DNA of 64,000 bases from a virus, in the IMG/VR virus record IMGVR_UViG_3300042882_000890, positions 42,605 through 106,604 of that record; one strand, 5' to 3'. This document shows, piece by piece, positions 35,801 through 43,600 of this stretch. Each line of letters opens with the position of its first letter. The first letter of the stretch is position 1. The position numbers were made by a program, and so were the translations under genes. Below the pieces are notes generated by a model that was not told the DNA's origin, made no database searches, and was given only the letters and a program-made list of their open reading frames with translations.

Positions 35801-38800
35801 TCAAGTTTGCATAATTAGAAGAGTTCTCAGAAGTTATGTTTTCTGTTTTTGGCATAGACACCCACTCTGGTAAAAGTCCCACTTTTTGTTCTGCAAAAGA
35901 CATCTCTTCATAAACTTCCTCAGTTAACTTTTTGGCTTCTTCTAGTTTACCTTCTTGTCTTAAAACTCTAGCTTTATCTCTTTTTTTGAAAGCTTCGTCA
36001 TTTACCCCTGAGAAATTTACCCATGAATTTTGACCTCTTGTTTCTGTAGTCATAGCTCTTCTAGCTAGTGGAGAATACATTCTTGCATGAATGTTCCAAG
36101 CATTCTCTTCTCCAATTGCTCCAAAACCATTCCCAAACTTAGCGTGTCCAAAAAAGTCGTGCACAAATCGGAATACATCATTGGCTAATAAAGGTAATCC
36201 ATTAACATCTTTGTACTTAGTTTCTTGTAACAAAAGATTATCCTCTCTTTGTTTATCTGTTATTGCCTCATCACCAAAACCGGATTCTGTAGAAAAGATT
36301 TTCATACGTTTGTTGTCACGTAAGTCTGAAATCATATCAGCAGAACTGTCATAAGGTTCTAAATTGTTTATTTCTACTTTGTAACCTTTGCTTAGTATTT
36401 TTTCGTATTGCTCTAATGTCTCTTCTACCATTGCATTATATGCGGCTTTAGTTTGAGGGTCATTAGGTGTAGCTTGCATTTTATCAAACTCTTGAGCTAT
36501 TCTTTTACTGTTTTCTTTATCCAATTTTGTTATTTTTTGGATAGGTGCAGTACTCATTTTTTTATCAGCCATGTATTCATCTGCTATGATAGATGCTTCT
36601 TCTAAAGGCTCATTAAATAATTTATTCCCTGAAACAATAGAAAAGTTTATGTTTGGGTCTGTATCTCCAAACTTGGCTTTTGCTTCTTGGGTTTTTTCGT
36701 AAACTTTTTTGAAGTCTTCAAAAGATAAATCCTTTCTTCTAGCATAGGCTCTTATCATATACATTCCTCCAAAAGTGCCGGCATCTAAATGTACAGGTTT
36801 ACCCTCTTTTATACCCCAATTTGCTATATTTGTTAAATCTCCATAGATTATATCATAATCTAGAAAATCTTGTAATCCATAGCTTTTAAGTACCTCTATT
36901 AAGTCTGGATTTCTAGTATCAAAATCAGCTTGCCCATAAGGTGTCAGCTCTTGTATCATAACATCTGCATCTTCAGTATCGTACTGCTTTCCAGTATTGA
37001 TATCGTAAACAGGTACTTTTGCTTTATTTTCGAGCACTTCTAGTTTTTCAACCACTACATAGTTCAATCCTGTTTCATAAACTTGTGGAAGTAACCCCTT
37101 AGATATTAAATCAGAGTCTCCCTCTTGCATATTTTGTGCAAGACCCCTAGCTGTATTAGCCACTTTTAGAACTTTACCTTCTCCTAAGTCAAATACGACT
37201 CTATCAGAGCCTGAAGATATTTTAGTTAAGTTTGGTATATCAAATCTTTCTCTAGCTACTTGGTTAGTATCATATTTATATCTTAGGTAAGCGTTATTTT
37301 CACCCATATTTCTTGTTATCCTATTCCCGGATAACATCTCTGTAGCCGAAGCTGTTCCGAAATCAGCCAATGTCATATTAGCTACTTCGTCTGCTGTGTA
37401 ACTAGTCAATCCTAAGATATCTTTGATAGACTCCCAAACACTTTTTAACCAATCTGCTATACTGTCTTCTTTTTTAGAATTAACTAATTTAGCACCTTGG
37501 TCTCCAATCACTTGTGCTAGTACCTCATTGTTAAATTTTTCTGAGCCCTCTTCTAAATCAGGTTGAGTTTCTTTTACAATATCAATATACTGTTGAGCCT
37601 CTTCTTTATTTTTACCAATAAGAGATAGTCCGGCTTGGTATAAGTCAGTTCTATTTTCTTTTAGCCAATCTAGATGTAAATGCCCAAATTCGTGAATAGG
37701 GGTATCTAATCGCATAGCATCTGTGTTTAAATACACATCTCCTTTGTAGGTAAATCCAGCTGTGGTTAACTGTACACCATTGTAACTTAGCCTTTCAAAT
37801 TCTTCTCTTTCTAATATCTGACTTTCAATGTACTCATCAGATAACAAGTAAAGATAATCCTCTTCTGGGATATTGTTTTCTATTTGGTAAGGTCTTAATA
37901 CTTCCTCTGCTATACTTTTTCTTGTATTGTTATTGGTTAGTAACTCCTCTATAAAATTAACATAGTCTTGGTCTGTATAAGTAGAATCTCCATTATCATC
38001 TCTGATTTCAGAATTTTCCCAAAGACTCTGAGCTATTTGGTTTATAGACGGGGCAGTTTTACTTATTAAGCTCATTCTTGCTTTTACTTCCCCCTTACTA
38101 TTTCTGTATAGCTTTTTTATAGATTCTTCAGATACTCTTCCTCCGGATAAAAAGTAATTGGCTACTTCTACCTCTGGGGTATAAGCCTCTATTTTTAGAG
38201 CCTCTTTTATTACTTTTAATCTTGTATCCCTTCTTGCTAACTGTTTTGAAAATTGTATTTGCTCATCTATTGTTACATCATTTTCATCAAATACTACATA
38301 GTTAAACCCTCTTGCTGTGTCTGAAGTTGCTCCACGAGCAATACTTTCAGCAGGGTATTTTATTCCGTCAATACCTGACTCTAATAAAAATAATGAAGCT
38401 TCTTTTTGCCCTTCAAAATATCCACTTAAATATCTGTATAAATTTGCTCCATCTAAAACTTTGTCGCTAACAGATGCAGGTATAATACCCTCGTTAACCC
38501 ACATATCTAAAACTTCTGCTATTTGTTTATTTTTTTCAGACAGTGTTTTAATTACCCCTTTACTTACAGGCTTGTCCCACTCTAACCAATTATACTCTCC
38601 TACTTCTTTTCCTTTTTGTAAAGATACTTTGTATATATTTTTTGAAGGTTTATTAAAAGTTATGTTATCAAAGACAGCCTTTTCTTCATTTACTTTTTCT
38701 AAAGCTTCTTTATAATAGTTGTCTTTAGTATCTAAATACTCTTTTTCTAATAATTTTATTTGGTTTTTGTAAAAATTGTTTCCTATTTCTTTAAATTCTT

Positions 38801-40568
38801 CAAAACTTTCTAAATCAGTATAAGATATATTTTCAGTAGACCCATAAAATCTATTTCTCAAAACATAGTCGGTTTGGACTTCTGCTAGTCTTGTTGCATA
38901 TTCTTTTGCAATATCTTCTAAATCAGTAAAATATAATCCCCATCCAAATGCTTGATTACCTTCTCCAGTACCCATTTTTTCAGTGGTAAAACGGTCAAAA
39001 GAATAAGGTGAACCATGATAAGCCACTACACTTTTGGCTGTCTCTGGGCTTATGCCAAGTTCTATTAACTTTGCTTCTATCTCGGCATTAGTCATTTTAT
39101 AGACATTATTAGCTAGACCGGATTGTTCTAAACGGTCTGTAACTTGGTCTAATACTTCTTTTTGATTTGATTCTATTTGATTAAAAGATGTTCTGTTCTG
39201 AGGAATAAATATTTGATTTTCTCTAGCATTCTCCTCTGTGTCTTGTAGCAAAGAATACAGTCTTTCTTTAGGAGTCATCTTTAAACGTTTTTCTACGTTT
39301 CTAGCTTCTTCCTCCCCCATAGCAGAACGGTATTTTTTATATAAATAATCCGAAGGTGCAAATATAATGTCTCTAATTTCAGAAGGTGCATCATACCATT
39401 TTTTGCCCTCTTTTGTTAATTTTTCTTGGGCTTTTTTCTTTTCTTCAGATAAGTTTTTATACTCATTTTGTTGCTCTTGTGTTAAATAAGAGTATATCGC
39501 AACAGTGTTTGACCCTCTTGCAAAGCCTTCTTTTTGTTGAATCCAGTGCTGTATTTCGTGTAGGGTTACGGGTAACAATACAGCGTTTAAGTTATTAAAA
39601 TCTGATTTTTGTAATGCTTCATCTGAACCCCTTTTAAAATTTCTTACTAATTCCGAAAATTTATCATTATAAGTTAAAAAATCAGAGCCATAAGTCGTCT
39701 TATTCACGTTTGCATAACCAAACTTATTAAGTATTTCTAAGTCTGCATCTCTTTCTTCTCTTGTATATTTTTCGTAGGCTTTACGATAGGCATCTGAATA
39801 AGACATCCCGGCATCTCTAAGAGAATCCTCATAGGCATCTATTTCTATAAACTTTTTTACCACTCTTATGACTTCAGGGTCTAATTTTTTAAACTCCTCA
39901 GCTTTGCTTTTAGCTTCAAAAAAATCCTTTAGTTTATTACTTTCTATACCCAATACAATTTGGCTACCGTCAAAGAATCCCTCTGTGGTAGTACCTCCTT
40001 TTTTAGATACAGATATTTTAACATCGTTCAATTCTGGGTACGCTTTGAATAACTCCGGGTAATTTAGTATACTTTTTAAACTGTATTTTTTACCAAGCTT
40101 GTTAATAGAATCTATGTTTAGATTCAAAGAGGCTTTTGAACTATCTAATTCATACTTCCATTGATTATCAGCACCTCTTTGCCATCCGGTAGCTATTTTT
40201 ATTTTAAGAGGCGTTTCATTGCTCCTCTCCATTTCTATAGCCACCTCTAAATTGTCTACTATTACAGTACTACCTGAAATAGTATCTAAATTTTGTGCTC
40301 CTTTTAACCCCACTATAGAAAATCTTGCATCTGCTGGAGCTACTTTTACTATGTTTTTAAAACGCTCTTTAAATGCGTTTAATTTAGCCGCCATAGCATC
40401 TTTTAACTCTTCAACTTCGGTTAGGGCATAAATGTTTAAGGCGGTATTTCTATTACCGCCTGTTATATTTACTAGATTGTCAAAAAGTTTACTTCTGTTA
40501 CCGTTCTCGGCATTAACAAAATCTATCTGACCTTTTTCATCTCTGAAAACTCTACATTTTAAGCTCAT
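32814..40568 (-). CDS. large polyvalent virion protein (2584 aa): LPD23, zincin peptidases, ADP-ribosyltransferase, protein kinase, GNAT
   Basis: ATGWQRGAD.QWKYE; HEIQH..GEEEAR; YHGSP..GWGLYF..YVVFD; HEFGH..EVLA; GSDRVV..VLKVA..DL...NWG..LDAG; HDFFGH; RGQG..FY..LGF. Confidence 0.85.
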   Translation of the reverse strand: MSLKCRVFRDEKGQIDFVNAENGNRSKLFDNLVNITGGNRNTALNIYALTEVEELKDAMAAKLNAFKERFKNIVKVAPADARFSIVGLKGAQNLDTISGSTVIVDNLEVAIEMERSNETPLKIKIATGWQRGADNQWKYELDSSKASLNLNIDSINKLGKKYSLKSILNYPELFKAYPELNDVKISVSKKGGTTTEGFFDGSQIVLGIESNKLKDFFEAKSKAEEFKKLDPEVIRVVKKFIEIDAYEDSLRDAGMSYSDAYRKAYEKYTREERDADLEILNKFGYANVNKTTYGSDFLTYNDKFSELVRNFKRGSDEALQKSDFNNLNAVLLPVTLHEIQHWIQQKEGFARGSNTVAIYSYLTQEQQNEYKNLSEEKKKAQEKLTKEGKKWYDAPSEIRDIIFAPSDYLYKKYRSAMGEEEARNVEKRLKMTPKERLYSLLQDTEENARENQIFIPQNRTSFNQIESNQKEVLDQVTDRLEQSGLANNVYKMTNAEIEAKLIELGISPETAKSVVAYHGSPYSFDRFTTEKMGTGEGNQAFGWGLYFTDLEDIAKEYATRLAEVQTDYVLRNRFYGSTENISYTDLESFEEFKEIGNNFYKNQIKLLEKEYLDTKDNYYKEALEKVNEEKAVFDNITFNKPSKNIYKVSLQKGKEVGEYNWLEWDKPVSKGVIKTLSEKNKQIAEVLDMWVNEGIIPASVSDKVLDGANLYRYLSGYFEGQKEASLFLLESGIDGIKYPAESIARGATSDTARGFNYVVFDENDVTIDEQIQFSKQLARRDTRLKVIKEALKIEAYTPEVEVANYFLSGGRVSEESIKKLYRNSKGEVKARMSLISKTAPSINQIAQSLWENSEIRDDNGDSTYTDQDYVNFIEELLTNNNTRKSIAEEVLRPYQIENNIPEEDYLYLLSDEYIESQILEREEFERLSYNGVQLTTAGFTYKGDVYLNTDAMRLDTPIHEFGHLHLDWLKENRTDLYQAGLSLIGKNKEEAQQYIDIVKETQPDLEEGSEKFNNEVLAQVIGDQGAKLVNSKKEDSIADWLKSVWESIKDILGLTSYTADEVANMTLADFGTASATEMLSGNRITRNMGENNAYLRYKYDTNQVARERFDIPNLTKISSGSDRVVFDLGEGKVLKVANTARGLAQNMQEGDSDLISKGLLPQVYETGLNYVVVEKLEVLENKAKVPVYDINTGKQYDTEDADVMIQELTPYGQADFDTRNPDLIEVLKSYGLQDFLDYDIIYGDLTNIANWGIKEGKPVHLDAGTFGGMYMIRAYARRKDLSFEDFKKVYEKTQEAKAKFGDTDPNINFSIVSGNKLFNEPLEEASIIADEYMADKKMSTAPIQKITKLDKENSKRIAQEFDKMQATPNDPQTKAAYNAMVEETLEQYEKILSKGYKVEINNLEPYDSSADMISDLRDNKRMKIFSTESGFGDEAITDKQREDNLLLQETKYKDVNGLPLLANDVFRFVHDFFGHAKFGNGFGAIGEENAWNIHARMYSPLARRAMTTETRGQNSWVNFSGVNDEAFKKRDKARVLRQEGKLEEAKKLTEEVYEEMSFAEQKVGLLPEWVSMPKTENITSENSSNYANLTEDGQGNFVFYHVGTSGYEVIKRTSGDTTATSREEAQALAKVGGLAMYYSRPEDSETMIRGESKYMVKIPMDKVYDFNTDSLNLIEKARELHSKEYPGKAFDPNTQVAYVTKVAADFGYEMVVAEWQNRTRAQSIKEHKPNDTQVSEGATVKKPFQENYDSNSSKGYKSIIPVPKNEKLKQLYLDLNNYRNRENRYDSVYSLNENYTKLSQEEISDIINNSDLPQEYKSTYSSIVNSPEGKRMSVLNTPTTPTVTRQPSLELNGTKIFAKDRVNPITGEKLEGVEWELIESTERGQGNARKAAELFLNGTDAQGKDVYLMVSPRDTTTKPERLESFYTSLGFEKTSDFEMVRKARPVSLKDTDSNGEPSIKTLMDFSNSKVKPLGLEGLKAAKNAAMALKVKSSKELVEKMEKALMKNGIVLFDKLSLQRSKLYNIFEINTILSSPKLQKQIKESLLSLRNSEPFELDYDENFIIPQGREVNQFGKQEVTNPSIVEKDLVESVAGLEESEIDEALPTTFSNKYYTDPNFKETVDSIARDHKKAPIKTVVDGELVDKTEDVEGMLLNTMTDDLDISITEDIAFLRQGIDKEIFNSDLKNVSKVLNKIKKNVQVNGIDLRNFPTLALELSRDEVLGFLDSMEDVIEDPSNPENMIEFTERYYKILGDKEAKTEVIKTNSENDVVVEEPLSEYEMFSEFGLIKKDDGIYRKVKEQSLDSLYESFFEYKNLLPEGIDTLEALKLYVERNASLLEVSDYEVDVDNLEKIFLYKKFFDFPMSTQRPTVKVDNFNKITNSEEYLTDEFLKDFNKWILTTSNPYFKVTGKGIELVNSDEMSKSEAVDSVPERFKQELAEYNIISDSLNLEMPLLEEKPEDINTQLEQRQKAVNNPDRVKKVSGQYTYLKDGVLAVKNESETFVKTPIGVFEKIFEFENIKFYGKLDTDKRTGYKKVNVEAPFSDISFQEYMYLANAPEAFKTSKNYYSKKELDDINEEYFGCQ

Positions 40569-40588
40569 TGTTTTGATTTATTTTTATG

Positions 40589-40620
40589 CAAAATTAAGAA
40601 TTTATTTTATAAAAAACAAA
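40589..40620 (-). promoter_or_regulatory. Bacteroidota primary-sigma promoter
   Basis: Minus strand TTTG-N20-TAATTTTG. Confidence 0.75.
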
Positions 40621-40634
40621 TTTGTTAACTTTTT

Positions 40635-43600
40635 TTATTCGCAAGGTTTATTTTTTTCGCTGTCTACATCTTTTTGAGATTGGTTGTTTAGCTCATACAG
40701 TCTGTCCAATGCTTCTGTAACTCTATCGCTTTGTACAAATTGAGCTTCCTGTAAAGATATCTTCTTTCTTAAAAATATTTTAGTAGCTATCTCTAGAGCT
40801 TTCTCTTCACTAACATCCCCTTCTCTCTCAGCTTCTGTATACCAATCTTTTACTCCCTCTTTTAATTCATCTAACTCTATGATAGGTTTTGGTGAAGAGA
40901 ACATGTTGTTAGCCATATCTAAGCCTATACTAGCCTCATTGGCTAAGTCAGTAGTTGTGTGCTCAGGTAACATCCAATCTTTAACACTACTTACGTTTGT
41001 AACACTGGCTAAGTCATCTATAGCTTTTAGTAAATCTTTTGTAGGGAATCCTTCAGAATCTAATATGTTTTGGTTACTTTCGTCCATATAAAACAAATTG
41101 TAAGCTGCTGGAGAAAAACCGTTGTCTGCTAATAGCTGATTAAGTTTTATAGCTGCTTCAGCTCTATTTTTAGAGTCTGTGAATATGTCAGTAACTTGGT
41201 CAGATAAGTTAGCTTCGGATTCTTTTAAAGCTACTGGGAAAGCTATCAAGTACTTGCCTTGTTTAACTACAACCACTGGTTGGTTTGTTCTTCCTAGTAA
41301 TCCTTTTATAAAATCTTCTCTTACCCCTTTTGTATTGTTTTTTAGAACTAGTTTACCGTCTTCAATATAACCGTAGTCTATAACTTGCTCCGGTATAATG
41401 TCAAACATTTTTATAGCTCCATTTTCAAAAGTAAAATTAGGAGAGCCTAAAAATATATGTTTTATGTAACTTGTTTTTGATAGTGAAGCTACACCCATAA
41501 TACCAGACTCCATTCTTGATTTGAATATCTCAAAAGCCTCTCTTCTCAAGTCTAAGTATCCTGGGATACCTGCTATATCGTAAGCTGCTTTTAAATCCCC
41601 AAGTTTTCTACCGTCTGTATCAAGTACGTTTACTTTTATGTTTTCAAAAAGTTCTTTTTCTAGTTCCTCAACATTCCTTCCTTCGTCTAAGCCCTCTTCG
41701 TATTTTTGGATAAGTTTTAGATTATACTCATCATTCATATCCAGGCTGAAAGTAACTTCTGCTGATTCCCCCGGCTCCATATTATAGATTTCTCTAGGAG
41801 AATATTCAGATGCGTTTCTGTAGTCTGTTTTTAGCTTCTCTCCGGTCTCCAAATCATAAACAGGAGAATACCCCCCATTTCTATTTAGAGTGCCTTCTAC
41901 ATGCTTCATATTAGCTTCAGCCATAACTTTAGGGAAGTCTTCGCTTTTCAAAGATATAGCACCACTTCTTTCTACTGTTAAATTAACTTTGCTTCCATCT
42001 GCAAGTGTAACTATAAAGTTAGCTCCAGGTAAAGAGTTTTCCTCTACTTCTTCTGGTGTAATTACTTTAGCTGAACCTTTTACTTCTACATTTTTACCTT
42101 TTTCCCATTTAGTTTGTACATAACCTATATCACCGGTTATTCCCATTCTTTCTAAAAGTCCAGGAAGAGTTAAATGTGATATTTGTACAGAGTTTCCTTT
42201 CTTTTTAACAAATACATTTTCGTATACTTGTATGTACTGTTCGTTTCTAATACCGCTGGCTCCGTCTACTTCTAGAGGCTCGTTATCAGATAAGTTTATT
42301 AAGTCTGAGTCTGTAAGTTTTTCTCTGATTATCGGCTCTACTGTTTGTCTAACTGCTACAGCTTGTGTTATCATTTGTTGTAGAGATACTCCGTTTTCGT
42401 TTTGGTATCCTTCTATCAACTGCCAGTTAGCCATCTTTTGGTTTAGCTCTTGTAATCTAGTTATTTCAGCCTTTGTTAAAGACGGTCTTGTTGTAGGAGA
42501 AAATCTCTTAGAGTCGTAAGGGTTTTTAAAAGCCACTAACTCCGTATCAATACGTGGGTCATCAATAGCTTTAGCCGCTAAGTCATAAAACTCTTCTATC
42601 TCGGCTTCAGTAGGAACTAAGTCTAAGATATTTTCACCAAAATTCTCTAGTAAGTATGGACTGTTTTTTACCATTTCAACTATAGAGTCTATCAGTGACT
42701 TTTTCTCTTGTACCGGCTCTTGCGTTTTGTCTTGATATTTTTTATCAATAGCATCTAACTTAGCTTGTTTTTCTTTTTCAAGCTTTTTGATTTCCTTGCT
42801 GTTGTCTGCTTTTTGTTGTGTGTTACCTATTTTTGATAACTCTTCATTTAGTAAAGCTAGAGTACTATTAACATGTGCGTAAAACTCATTTGAGTCAGTA
42901 TTTTTACCGGCAGGTTTTGTAGGTAAATTCATTGTGTTATTAAAAGATTCTAAATCTTCTTTAGAATCACTTAAAAAACCTATACCATCTTTTAGTTTAC
43001 CATTACCGTTATCTTCTCTACTTTCGATACCCCCTATCCCTTCGTTAAGTATTTTAGAAAGTTTTTCAAATAGTTGAAAGCCATAACTATTATTTATCTG
43101 CTCTTCTGAACCTTTGTTTATCCATCCAGCTTCTACCCCGATACCAAAAACAGCATACCAATTACCTGCTTTTACACTTTTCTTACCTGCTTGACCAGTA
43201 CTAATGTAAAAAGGTATATTGTATTTACCTATTTTCATCATTACCATTACTCTATCTGAGTAATCAACTACATTGTAATCTTTACCATTGATATTTATTG
43301 AAGAGAGTAAATTATTATCTTTTAACCAATTTAACTTTTCTTCTAATGTGTTTAGTTTATTTAACTCTGCTACTATGTCTGCTACTGGAGTAGATATTAT
43401 ATTAACACCTTCTTGACCTTTTAACAACGGTGTTATTAGCTTGTCATATCTATCATAGATTTCTTCAAACTTAGCTATATCTTCTGGATTAGTTAATTTG
43501 TTTTTGTCTACTTTACCATCTGTCAGGGCATTTTTTGCCTCCGGTATAGCTGCAAGTAATTCTTTTTGTTCTTGCTCTCTTAACTTAGCTATTTGTTTAG

